Assembly (NCBI GenBank): GCA_036675815.1
Contig: JAKFEE010000021.1
Coordinates: forward strand, 278,328 to 342,327
Origin: Rhodospirillaceae bacterium
Lineage (GTDB): Bacteria; Pseudomonadota; Alphaproteobacteria; Rhodospirillales; Magnetospirillaceae
DNA: 64,000 bases
Direction: 5' to 3'
Shown here in pieces: positions 49,385-58,810 of this stretch. Below the pieces are notes generated by a model. The model was not told the DNA's origin and did not search any database. It saw only the letters and a list, made by a program, of their open reading frames with translations. Position numbers and translations under genes: made by a program. Each line of letters starts with the position of its first letter. The stretch's first letter is position 1.

Positions 49385-50131
49385 TCAGCCGCCGAAGCTC
49401 TGCACCAGGCTGCCGGCGACCAGGAACCAGCCGTCGACCAGCACGAAGAAGATCAGCTTGAACGGCATGGCAATCATGACCGGCGGCAGCATCATCATGC
49501 CCATCGACATCAGCACCGAGGCGACGACCATGTCGATGATGAGGAAGGGCAGGAAGATCAGGAAGCCGATCTCGAAGGCGCGGCGCAGTTCGCTGATCAT
49601 GAACGCCGGGATGAGCACGCGGAACGGCATGTCCTCGGGTTTCGCCACCTCGGGCGTGCGGGCGATGTCCATGAACAGCCGCAGATCCTGATCGCGCACG
49701 TGCTGCATCATGAAACCATGCAGCGGCTGCGCCGCCAGCTCGAAGCCGGTGATCTCGTCGACCTTGCCCTCGATCATCGGCCGGATGCCGGCGTCGAACG
49801 ACTGCTGGAAGGTGGGCGCCATGACGAAGCCGGTGAGGAACAGCGCCAGGCTGATGATCACAATGTTCGGCGGGCTGTTCATGGTGCCCAGGGCCTGGCG
49901 CAGGAACGACAGCACGACGACGATGCGGGTGAACGAGGTGACCATCACCAGGATCGATGGCGCCACGCTGAGCACCGTGAGCAGGGCCAGCATCTGCACG
50001 ATGCGCGCGGTGGTCGAGCCGCCGCCGCCCTCGCCGAGATCGAGGGTCAGGCTCTGCGCCTCGGCCGGCAGGGCTAGGCCGGCCATCGCCGCCACGAGCA
50101 GCGCCGCCAGGATGGAAAAGCGTCGGGTCAT
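49385..50131 (-). CDS. fliP: flagellar type III secretion system pore protein FliP
   Basis: Internal ATG 50131. Signal peptide, then ..SFTRIVVVLSFLRQALG..PPN.. and ..FLIPFLIID.. FliP motifs. Confidence 0.93.
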   Translation of the reverse strand: MTRRFSILAALLVAAMAGLALPAEAQSLTLDLGEGGGGSTTARIVQMLALLTVLSVAPSILVMVTSFTRIVVVLSFLRQALGTMNSPPNIVIISLALFLTGFVMAPTFQQSFDAGIRPMIEGKVDEITGFELAAQPLHGFMMQHVRDQDLRLFMDIARTPEVAKPEDMPFRVLIPAFMISELRRAFEIGFLIFLPFLIIDMVVASVLMSMGMMMLPPVMIAMPFKLIFFVLVDGWFLVAGSLVQSFGG

Positions 50132-50412
50132 TGCGGCACCTTGTCGGGCGGCTGCGGCAGGTCGCGGTCGAGGCAGAGATCGTTGGCGCCACCGATCAGC
50201 AAGAGATGTTCGCGCTCGTCGCGGCGCACCAACACCAGCCGGCGCTTGCCATCGAGGGCAATGGCCTCGACCACGGCGAGGCGGCGCTGCCGGCCCCGCG
50301 GCCCCGGCAAGGTCGACAGGCCGGCGCGGCGCGCCAGCCACGCCCCGCCGAAAATGAGGGCGATGACGCCGGCCAGGGCCAGGACGAATTTGAGATAACT
50401 GCCGTAGTCCAT
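50128..50412 (-). CDS. fliO: flagellar biosynthetic protein FliO
   Basis: Single TM (LKFVLALAGVIALIFGGAWL), then ..LAVVEAIALDGKRRLVLVRRD..HLLLIG. 4-nt overlap with fliP. Confidence 0.8.
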   Translation of the reverse strand: MDYGSYLKFVLALAGVIALIFGGAWLARRAGLSTLPGPRGRQRRLAVVEAIALDGKRRLVLVRRDEREHLLLIGGANDLCLDRDLPQPPDKVPQ

Positions 50413-50690
50413 CAGCGCCGCCGCGATCGCTGATCATGGGCACAAACGTGCGCATGCTGGGCCTCGAGGTCGGCGTCGAGCCGATCGAGGCCGGCCATCA
50501 GCGCCTCGAGGCTGGGCAGCAGCACGCGCCCCTCGTCCGCCGCCAGCCGGTCGACGGCGGTGCATAGGCCGCGCACCATGCCCTCGAGGGCGGTCAGGTC
50601 GACCGTTCTTCCGGTGGTCAGCAGGCGTCGCGCCGTCGCGACCATCGATGACACCTGGGCGATTTCCATCTGGATTTCGTCCGCGCTCAC
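50412..50690 (-). CDS. hypothetical 92-aa helical protein embedded in the flagellar export operon
   Basis: Good coding statistics by eye. Its start overlaps the upstream stop by 4 nt, and its stop overlaps the fliO start by 1 nt. I recognise no family. Confidence 0.6.
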   Translation of the reverse strand: MSADEIQMEIAQVSSMVATARRLLTTGRTVDLTALEGMVRGLCTAVDRLAADEGRVLLPSLEALMAGLDRLDADLEAQHAHVCAHDQRSRRR

Positions 50691-51004
50691 CGGCTCTCAT
50701 CCCCGGCGCCGGCGCAGCGATCGGACCGGTAGATGTACGACAGAATCTCGGCCACGGCGGCGAACGCTTCGACCGGGATGACGCTGTCGACGTCGACCGC
50801 CGCCAGGATCTCGGCCAGATCGGCATCCTCGCGTACCCTGACGCCGCTGGCGAACGCCAGTTGCAGGATCTGCTCGGCTTGTATCCCGCGCCCGCTGGCG
50901 ACCACGCGCGGCGCGCCATCCTCGGCCGGGTCGTAGGCCAGCGCCACGGCAAGGGCGCGCCGCAGGGCGTCGCGCGCCGCCGGATATTCGGAGTGTCGAC
51001 TCAC
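50687..51004 (-). CDS. FlhB C-terminal-domain-only protein (EscU/YscU/HrcU family)
   Basis: ..AVALAYDP..APRVVASGRG..AEQILQLA..GV.V.ED..LAE.L..V....IP.E.F.AVAEIL matches the post-NPTH part of FlhB. GTG start. Confidence 0.75.
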   Translation of the reverse strand: MSRHSEYPAARDALRRALAVALAYDPAEDGAPRVVASGRGIQAEQILQLAFASGVRVREDADLAEILAAVDVDSVIPVEAFAAVAEILSYIYRSDRCAGAGDESR

Positions 51005-51057
51005 GTTGAGGACATTCCCCCTTTGCGTTAGTGTCGCCCACTATTGCGAGCCGGGCT

Positions 51058-51072
51058 TTAAGGAATGCTTAA
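51058..51072. promoter_or_regulatory. CtrA-box-like site TTAA-N7-TTAA in the divergent flagellar promoter region
   Basis: ttaa-ggaatgc-ttaa, an exact match to the TTAA-N7-TTAA consensus. It lies 54 nt from the flhB-like start and 78 nt upstream of flgB. A further ttaa occurs at 51089. Confidence 0.5.
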
Positions 51073-51149
51073 GTGCCGCAGGCGATGCTTAACCTTTCCT
51101 AAACGGCGCGGGGCGGATACTGACCCCGCCGGCGGAGCAGGATACGGAC

Positions 51150-51554
51150 ATGTTTGGCGATCTGCGTCTGTTTCAGATGGCGAGGAAGCAAATGGACTGG
51201 GCGGCGCGCCGCCAGGAAGTCCTGGCCGAGAACGTCGCCAACGCCGATACGCCGAAATACCAGCCGCATGACGTCGCCCCCGTCGAATTCCGCAAGCTGC
51301 TGGGTGCCGCACGGGTCAGCGTACAGCCCGTGGTGACCAACCCCATGCATGTGGCGCATGTGCCCCTGGCGCAGTCCATGGACGAACAGGTCGTCAAGAC
51401 GCCTTACGAGACGTCGCCTGACGGCAACGCCGTCATCCTCGAAGAGCAAATGCGGAAAGTCGGCGAAACCCGTCATGCCTACGAGGTGGCGACCACGCTG
51501 TTCAGCAAGCACATGCGGCTTCTTCGCCTGTCGCTGGGCAAGGGCGGCCCCTGA
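51150..51554 (+). CDS. flgB: flagellar basal-body rod protein FlgB
   Basis: ..RQEVLAENVANADTPKYQ..; 134 aa, first gene of the flgBC-fliE block. Confidence 0.9.
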   Translation: MFGDLRLFQMARKQMDWAARRQEVLAENVANADTPKYQPHDVAPVEFRKLLGAARVSVQPVVTNPMHVAHVPLAQSMDEQVVKTPYETSPDGNAVILEEQMRKVGETRHAYEVATTLFSKHMRLLRLSLGKGGP

Positions 51555-51577
51555 ACCGACGCGGAAAGGAGCGCGCC

Positions 51578-51988
51578 ATGGACGACCTGAAGAATTCCTC
51601 TCGCATCGCCGTCTCGGGCATGAATGCGCAGGCCCGCCGCCTGCGGGTGATCTCGGAGAACATGGCCAACGCCGATTCGCTGCCGCAGACCCCCGGCGCC
51701 GAGCCCTACCGCCGCAAGGTGATCACCTTCAAGAACGAGCTGGACAAGGCGACCGACGCCCAACTGGTCAAGGTCGCCCGCGTCACCGAGGATCGCTCAC
51801 AGCTGCAGCGCAAGTACTCCCCCGGCCACCCCGGCGCCGATAGCGAGGGCTATGTTCTGATGCCCAACGTCAACCCGCTGATCGAGTTGATGGACATGCG
51901 CGAGGCACAGCGCAGCTACGACGCGAACGTCAACGTCGTCACCACGTCCAAGGCCATGCTGGCCCGCACCCTGGAGATGCTGCGCTGA
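51578..51988 (+). CDS. flgC: flagellar basal-body rod protein FlgC
   Basis: ..SGMNAQARRLRVISENMANADS.. and a C-terminal ..MREAQRSYDANVNV. Confidence 0.93.
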   Translation: MDDLKNSSRIAVSGMNAQARRLRVISENMANADSLPQTPGAEPYRRKVITFKNELDKATDAQLVKVARVTEDRSQLQRKYSPGHPGADSEGYVLMPNVNPLIELMDMREAQRSYDANVNVVTTSKAMLARTLEMLR

Positions 51989-52010
51989 AGCGGCGCGCTA
52001 GAGAGGCCCC

Positions 52011-52319
52011 ATGACCCGGATCGCAGACGCCATCGCCGCCTACAGCGCCGCCGCCAAGGCGCCGGCCGCCAAGGCTGCCGAAACCGAGACCCCGGCCGTC
52101 GGCAACGCGTTCGCCGACATGCTGAAAACGACGGTCGAGCAGGCCATCGCCGACAACAAACAGGCGGAAGAGCTGAGCAAGTCGGCGATCACCGGCCAGG
52201 CCAACCTGCGCGAGGTCGTGCTGGCGGTGAACAATGCCGAGCTGACACTGGAGACGGTGGTGGCGGTGCGCGACAAGGTCATCAATGCCTATAACGACAT
52301 CCTGCGCATGCCGATCTGA
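52011..52319 (+). CDS. fliE: flagellar hook-basal body complex protein FliE
   Basis: ..FADMLK..V......A......G.....EVVLAVN.AELTL..VVAVRDKVINAY..I..MPI. Confidence 0.88.
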   Translation: MTRIADAIAAYSAAAKAPAAKAAETETPAVGNAFADMLKTTVEQAIADNKQAEELSKSAITGQANLREVVLAVNNAELTLETVVAVRDKVINAYNDILRMPI

Positions 52320-52328
52320 GCGCAGGCC

Positions 52329-52595
52329 ATGACCGAGGCCGAACTGCTGGACGTGGCGCGAAGCGCCATGCTGACGATGCTCGAACTGAGCGCGCCCCCG
52401 CTTCTGATCGGCCTCGCCGTCGGTGTCGTCATCGCCCTGTTCCAGGCGCTGACACAGATCCAGGAAATGACATTGACCTTCGTCCCGAAGATCCTCGCCA
52501 CCTTCGTGACGCTGCTGCTGCTGCTGCCGTTCATGCTCCGCACCCTGATCGAATTCACCCGCTCGATGCTGGACCGCGCCGCCCACGGCGGATAG
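52329..52595 (+). CDS. fliQ: flagellar biosynthetic protein FliQ
   Basis: 88 aa, two TM; ..ALFQALTQIQEMTLTFVPKI. Confidence 0.9.
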   Translation: MTEAELLDVARSAMLTMLELSAPPLLIGLAVGVVIALFQALTQIQEMTLTFVPKILATFVTLLLLLPFMLRTLIEFTRSMLDRAAHGG

Positions 52596-52599
52596 GCCC

Positions 52600-53364
52600 A
52601 TGCTCGCGGACCTGCTGTCGCTCGACGTCTACAAGTTTCTGCTGGTCTTCGCCCGCCTGGGCGCGATGATCATGTTCCTTCCCGGATTCGCCGGGGCCAT
52701 CCTGTCGGCCCGCATCCGCCTGATCCTGGCGTTGGCGTTTAGCCTACTGGTCGCCCCGGTGGTCGCCCCCACCCTGCCTGGCATTCCGGAGAACCCGGCC
52801 GATCTGGTGGTGCTGCTGGTCGGCGAGGTGACCATTGGCATCTTCCTCGGCATGATCACGCAGTTCCTGCTCGTCGCCCTCAACCTGGCCGGCACCTTCA
52901 TGGCCTTTCAGGCCGGCATGACCAACGCCTTCATCCAGGATCCGGTGACCGAGCAGCAAGGCTCGCTGCTGCCCAGTTTCTTGATGAACGTGGCGCTGGT
53001 GCTGATCTTCGCCACCGATCTGCACCACCTGATGCTGCGCGCTGCCGCGGGCAGCTATTCGTTGTTCATCCCGGGCCAGCCGCTGCCGATGGGCGATTTC
53101 GCCGACAGCCTGACGCACACGCTGGGGCGTGCTTTCCTGCTGGGAATGCAACTGGCGGGGCCGCTGGTGGTATTTGCCCTCGTGTTCAATACGGGCCTCG
53201 GCCTGATGTCGCGCTTGATGCCGCAGATGCAGGTCTACTTCGTCGCCATTCCCATCCAGGTGATGGCGGGGATCGGGCTGCTCGCCCTGACCCTGCCGCC
53301 GCTGATGGCGTGGTTCCTGCGTTTCCTCGAAGACGGGCTGCTGCCCTTTGCCGGAGGCCGCTAG
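52600..53364 (+). CDS. fliR: flagellar biosynthetic protein FliR
   Basis: 254 aa, polytopic; ..FLLVFARLGAMIMFLPGF.. with position and length typical of FliR. Confidence 0.9.
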   Translation: MLADLLSLDVYKFLLVFARLGAMIMFLPGFAGAILSARIRLILALAFSLLVAPVVAPTLPGIPENPADLVVLLVGEVTIGIFLGMITQFLLVALNLAGTFMAFQAGMTNAFIQDPVTEQQGSLLPSFLMNVALVLIFATDLHHLMLRAAAGSYSLFIPGQPLPMGDFADSLTHTLGRAFLLGMQLAGPLVVFALVFNTGLGLMSRLMPQMQVYFVAIPIQVMAGIGLLALTLPPLMAWFLRFLEDGLLPFAGGR

Positions 53365-54432
53365 ATGGCCGAAGACGAGGATTCGAAAACCGAGCAACCA
53401 ACCGAGAAGCGCCTGGCCGACGCTCGACGGAAGGGCGATGTCCCGCAATCCCAGGAACTCAAGACCTGGGCCATGCTCGCGGCTTCGACAGTGATCGTCG
53501 TGATGATGGCGCCGTCGATGTCGAGCGACCTCATGGCCCTGCTGCGGGTATTCCTCGAGACCCCCCATACCATCGCAGCCGATTCGGAGGCCCTGCGCCA
53601 GATCCTGGCCAAGATCGGCCTCGAGGTGGGCCTGCTGCTGGCCATACCCTTCGCCCTGCTCATCGTCACCGCCATCGGCACGGCACTGGCCCAACACGGC
53701 TTCATCATCAGCGCCGAGAAGATCAAGCCGAACCTCAACAAGCTGAACCCGCTGAAATCCCTGCAGCGCTATCTGTCGCTGCAGCCATGGCTGGAACTGG
53801 TCAAGGGCATCGCCAAGATCGTCCTGGTGGCCGTGGTCATCGGCGTCATCGTCTGGCCGCGGCGCAGCGAGTTCGAACTGCTGATCAGCATGGAGGTCCC
53901 GGCCCAGCTCCTCTATCTCGAAGAGCTGATCGCCGTCGTGCTGTACGCCGTTGTCAGCGTGGTGGGGGTACTGGCCATTGCCGATTTCGCCTATCAGCGC
54001 TACAGCCATATCAAGCGCCTGCGCATGACCCGCCAGGAAGTGCAGGACGAGTACAAGCAGCAGGAGGGCGACCCGCACGTCAAGTCGCGCATCCGCCGGC
54101 TGCGGGCCGAACGCGCGCGCCAACGCATGATGCAGGCCGTCCCCGGCGCCGATGTCGTCGTCACCAACCCGACCCACTACGCTGTGGCGCTGAAATACGA
54201 TATGGAAAGGATGAACGCCCCGACGGTGGTGGCCAAGGGCGTCGAGTTGGTGGCGAAACGCATTCGCGAGCTTGCCGCCGAGCACAAGGTCGAGATCGTC
54301 GAGAATCCGCCGCTGGCACGGGCGCTGTACGCCGCGGTGGAAGTGGACCAGGAGATTCCGCCTGAGCACTACAAGGCAGTCGCCGAAATCATTGGCTACG
54401 TCATGCGACTCAAGGGCAAGCTCCAGCGCTGA
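53365..54432 (+). CDS. flhB: flagellar biosynthetic protein FlhB
   Basis: MAEDEDSKTEQPTEKRL..ARRKGDVPQS.E; NPTH autocleavage site (VVVTNPTHYAVAL); 355 aa. Confidence 0.93.
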   Translation: MAEDEDSKTEQPTEKRLADARRKGDVPQSQELKTWAMLAASTVIVVMMAPSMSSDLMALLRVFLETPHTIAADSEALRQILAKIGLEVGLLLAIPFALLIVTAIGTALAQHGFIISAEKIKPNLNKLNPLKSLQRYLSLQPWLELVKGIAKIVLVAVVIGVIVWPRRSEFELLISMEVPAQLLYLEELIAVVLYAVVSVVGVLAIADFAYQRYSHIKRLRMTRQEVQDEYKQQEGDPHVKSRIRRLRAERARQRMMQAVPGADVVVTNPTHYAVALKYDMERMNAPTVVAKGVELVAKRIRELAAEHKVEIVENPPLARALYAAVEVDQEIPPEHYKAVAEIIGYVMRLKGKLQR

Positions 54433-54475
54433 GGCGCGCGTCACCCTGATCGGCCTGGCGCTGGCGGTGATCCTG

Positions 54476-56809
54476 ATGGCGGTGACCGCCATGTTCGTCA
54501 CCCAGCCGGTGCGTATGGCCACGGTGGCGATCGCCGCCGCCATTGCCGGCGCCTTCCTCGCCATCCTGGCGCGACGCCTCGCCGCCCTCGCCGGCAGCGC
54601 CGCCAGGGCGGAGGGGCTGGCCGCCATCCTCGACGCCGAGCGCGGTGCGCGTTTGGTGGTGACCGCCGACGGCCGCGAAATCCACTGCAACCCAAACGCG
54701 CACAAAACGCTCGGGCCTGCCGCCGACCCACTGGCGCCCTTCGCCGCGCATGCCGAGGAACGCACGCGCGAAGCGCTGACACGGCTGCGCGATGCCGCCG
54801 CCCACGGCATTGCGCAATTCGCCGAGATCAGCTTCATCACGGCGGACGGCGGGCGCGAGTGGTGGCAGCTGTCGGTACAGCCGCTCACCAGCCCCCGCGG
54901 GGCGATGGTCTGGGCGGCCGAGGATGCCACCGGGCGCCGTGCCATCGAGGAGACGCTGCGTCGCGAGCACGAAAGCCTGTCGGACTTCCTCGATTTCCTG
55001 CCCGTCGGCTGCTATTCGGCCGATCCCGACGGGCGCTTTCGTTACGTCAATCTGCGGCTGGCGGAGTGGGTGGGGCGCACGCCGGAAGCGTTGATCGGCG
55101 AGGATATCCGCGAGGTCTTCGGCGTGGTGCCGAATCCCGAAGAGGACCGCGCCGAAATGCGCCTGCGCGGCAAAGGCGGCGAGGTCTTCCAGGCCCTGGT
55201 CACCCACACCGTCTACGACGATGCCGGCGAGACGCTGACGCGCTCGGTGGTGGTGCGCGACCCGGTGCCGGAACTCCTGCTGGAGCATGAGTTGAAAGCC
55301 GCCGAGCGCCGCCTGCACTGGCTGTTCGACATCGCGCCGGTGGCCATCGCCCTGACCGACCCCGACGGCTCGATCCACGTGTCGAACCGTGCCTTTCAGG
55401 AGATGTTGGGGCTCGACGGCGATGCCGGCGGCCAGTTGCTGCTCGGCTTCGTCGCCGAAGTCGATCGCGAGCGGGCCAATGATCAGTTGTCGCGCGTGCT
55501 GATGGGCAGCAGCCCGGGGGCGCGCCTGGATTTGCACCTCCGCGGCCGTCATGAGCTGGTCGCCTCGACCTGGGTCAGCCCCACCGCCGAGGATGGCGCC
55601 GTCACCGGGCTGATGCTGCACTTCATCGACACCACCGATCAGAAGAACCTCGAGATCCAGTTGGCCCAGTCGCAGAAGATGCAGGCCATGGGCCAGCTGG
55701 CGGGCGGCATCGCCCATGATTTCAACAACCTGCTGACGGCGATGATCGGTTTCTGCGACCTGGTGCTGCTGCGCCATGGCCCCGGCGATGCCTCCTTCGC
55801 CGACATCATGCAGATCAAGCAGAACGCCAACCGGGCCGCCAGCCTGGTGCGCCAGCTATTGGCCTTCTCGCGCCGCCAGGCCATGCTGCCGCAGCCGCTG
55901 TCGGTCACCGACGCTCTGGCCGACCTGTCGACGCTGCTGCGCCGCCTGCTGGGCGAGCGCATCGAACTGGAGATCGTGCATGGCCGCGACGTCGGCATGG
56001 TGCGCGTCGATCCCGGCCAATTCGATCAGGTGGTGATCAATCTTGCCGTCAACGCCCGCGACGCCATGCCGGGCGGCGGCACCCTCGCCATCCGCACCGA
56101 CAGCCGCACGATCGCCAACCCGATGCACCGGGGGGCCGAAACGGTGCCGGCCGGCCGCTACACGGCGATCGAGATCAGCGACACCGGCATCGGCATCGCG
56201 CCGGAAGACCGCTCGCGCATCTTCGAGCCGTTCTTCTCGACCAAGGCGGTCGGCGCCGGCACCGGCCTCGGGCTGTCGACGGTCTACGGCATCATCCGCC
56301 AGAACGAAGGCTTCATTTTCGTCGACTCCGCCCTCGGCCAGGGCACCACCTTCACCATCTATCTGCCGCATTTCGAGCCGGTGACGCCCGTCGTCGCCGA
56401 ACCCGGCCCGCCCACCCCGGCCGCCCACGAACTCATCGGCGCCGGCGCCATCCTGCTGGTCGAGGACGAAGATGCCGTGCGGCTGTTCGCCGCGCGCGCC
56501 CTGCGCAACAAGGGCTATACGGTGCTCGAGGCCACCAACGGCGAGGGTGCCCTCGACGTCTTGAAGACCGACGAGCATTTCGACCTGTTGATCACCGACG
56601 TGGTGATGCCCGGCATGGACGGCGCCACCCTCGCCCGCCTCGTCCGCATGGAGCGGCCGGGGACGCGGATCATCCTCATCTCCGGTTACTCCGAAGACGT
56701 CGCCTTCGACGGCCTGTCGGACCAGCCCGACGTGCACTTCCTGCCCAAGCCGTTCAGCCTCAAGCAGCTGGCCCTGGTGGTGAAGAAGGTCTTGGCTGGC
56801 GGCGGGTGA
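54476..56809 (+). CDS. cckA: CckA-like hybrid sensor histidine kinase / response regulator (TM, PAS domains, HisKA, HATPase, REC)
   Basis: H-box GGIAHDFNNLLTAMIGFCDL; ASFADIMQIKQNANRAASLVRQLLAFSRRQ, which strongly resembles CckA; the N/G boxes; and a C-terminal receiver (LLVEDEDAVR..ITDVVMPGMDG). The start is uncertain (GTG 54467, ATG 54476 or ATG 54488). Confidence 0.75.
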   Translation: MAVTAMFVTQPVRMATVAIAAAIAGAFLAILARRLAALAGSAARAEGLAAILDAERGARLVVTADGREIHCNPNAHKTLGPAADPLAPFAAHAEERTREALTRLRDAAAHGIAQFAEISFITADGGREWWQLSVQPLTSPRGAMVWAAEDATGRRAIEETLRREHESLSDFLDFLPVGCYSADPDGRFRYVNLRLAEWVGRTPEALIGEDIREVFGVVPNPEEDRAEMRLRGKGGEVFQALVTHTVYDDAGETLTRSVVVRDPVPELLLEHELKAAERRLHWLFDIAPVAIALTDPDGSIHVSNRAFQEMLGLDGDAGGQLLLGFVAEVDRERANDQLSRVLMGSSPGARLDLHLRGRHELVASTWVSPTAEDGAVTGLMLHFIDTTDQKNLEIQLAQSQKMQAMGQLAGGIAHDFNNLLTAMIGFCDLVLLRHGPGDASFADIMQIKQNANRAASLVRQLLAFSRRQAMLPQPLSVTDALADLSTLLRRLLGERIELEIVHGRDVGMVRVDPGQFDQVVINLAVNARDAMPGGGTLAIRTDSRTIANPMHRGAETVPAGRYTAIEISDTGIGIAPEDRSRIFEPFFSTKAVGAGTGLGLSTVYGIIRQNEGFIFVDSALGQGTTFTIYLPHFEPVTPVVAEPGPPTPAAHELIGAGAILLVEDEDAVRLFAARALRNKGYTVLEATNGEGALDVLKTDEHFDLLITDVVMPGMDGATLARLVRMERPGTRIILISGYSEDVAFDGLSDQPDVHFLPKPFSLKQLALVVKKVLAGGG

Positions 56810-56835
56810 AACGGCCGTTCCTCGCGCCGCAGATG

Positions 56836-56850
56836 GAACATATGAAGAAC
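56836..56850. promoter_or_regulatory. alphaproteobacterial-type LexA (SOS) box GAAC-N7-GAAC upstream of recA
   Basis: gaac-atatgaa-gaac, a perfect match to the direct-repeat consensus (the complement of GTTC-N7-GTTC), 86 nt upstream of the recA ATG. Confidence 0.6.
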
Positions 56851-56867
56851 GCCCGGCTTGCGTCACA

Positions 56868-56882
56868 GAACAAATCATGTAC
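56868..56882. promoter_or_regulatory. second, imperfect SOS box GAAC-N7-GTAC upstream of recA
   Basis: gaac-aaatcat-gtac. It is embedded in the palindrome agaaca-N10-tgttct (56867-56888). Confidence 0.4.
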
Positions 56883-56935
56883 TGTTCTGTGATTGCAACG
56901 GTTCTCCATCCTGTGGAATAAGAAGGACGGCCACA

Positions 56936-58009
<1,074 letters not shown>

Positions 58010-58011
58010 GG

Positions 58012-58074
58012 GCGGAGCCGGAGCTCCGCGCTCCCACGGATATGGCTTTATGGAGCGCGGAGCTCCAGCTCCGC
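58012..58074. repeat. REP pair upstream of the RAYT gene (gcggagcCggagctccgc at 58012-58029, one mismatch; gcggagctccagctccgc at 58057-58074)
   Basis: Inverted orientation relative to each other, with the same extended flanks (gcgctcc / ggagcgc) as the other REP copies. Confidence 0.85.
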
Positions 58075-58091
58075 AATTCGGGGAGCAGGCC

Positions 58092-58739
58092 ATGCACCGC
58101 GGCTGGCACCACCGAGGCTATCTGCCGCATCTCGACGCGCCGGATGTCGTGCAGGCGGTGACGTTCCGCCTCGCCGACGGCCTACCGACTGAGGTCGTAC
58201 TGCGGTTGAAGGCGCAGTGGCGGGACGATGCCGCTGTCCTGCGCCGCCTCGTTGCCCATCAGCTCGATGCCGGTCACGGCCGCTGCGTCCTCGCCAACCT
58301 AGAGGCCATGCGTATCGTGCGCGCTGCACTCCTGCATGGCCATCAGCGCGACTACCGCCTCCTCACCTGGGTGGTCATACCCAACCACGTCCATGTCGTC
58401 GTCGCACTCCGCGATCACAGCCTCGTCCGCATCGTCCAGAGCTGGAAGAGCTACACGGCCGGCCGCATCAACAGCCGCTTCGACACCTCTGGACGCCTGT
58501 GGCAGCCTGACTATTACGACCGCCGGATCCGCGACGACGCGCATCTCGCCGCCGTCGACGCCTATGTCCATGGCAACCCGGTGAAGGCGGGCCTCGTCGC
58601 CCGCGCCGAGGATTGGCCGTTCTCGAGCGCGAGAAATGCGGAGCTGGAGCTCCGCGCTCCAGGAAGTCCTCAACGGAGCGCGGAGCTCCAGCTCCGCAAT
58701 CCAGCGCCCTCCCTGGACACCATTGGCCGCGCGCGCTAA
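58092..58739 (+). mobile_element. REP-associated tyrosine transposase (RAYT; IS200/IS605 TnpA-like Y1 transposase)
   Basis: [23 protein letters not shown]; HUH-type VIPNHVHVVV; SWKSYT..; [12 protein letters not shown] (catalytic Tyr region); [19 protein letters not shown]. It is flanked on both sides by inverted REP pairs, and the ORF reads through the downstream REPs. Confidence 0.85.
58638..58697. repeat. REP pair at the 3' end of the RAYT ORF (58638-58655 GG-form; 58680-58697 CC-form)
   Basis: Exact 18-nt units, translated in frame as ..[15 protein letters not shown].. within the ORF tail. Confidence 0.85.
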
Positions 58740-58810
58740 ATAATCCCCCTTGCTCGAGAACCGGCCCGCCGGGGCTTGGGCGTCATCGCCGGGATGCCCA
58801 GGTTATCGCC

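Noticed and set aside
51020-51045. Possible sigma-54 promoter (GG-N10-GC: gGGcgacactaacGCa on the minus strand) upstream of the flhB-like operon.
   Set aside because: Only the GG/GC dinucleotides and spacing fit. The flanking bases match TGGCAC-N5-TTGCW poorly, so it is indistinguishable from chance in GC-rich DNA.
54272-54466. The track's TTG start at 54272 for the CckA-like kinase, which would overlap flhB by 160 nt.
   Set aside because: The overlapped portion translates to Arg/Ser-rich off-frame sequence. Plausible kinase sequence (TM helices) begins only after the flhB stop.
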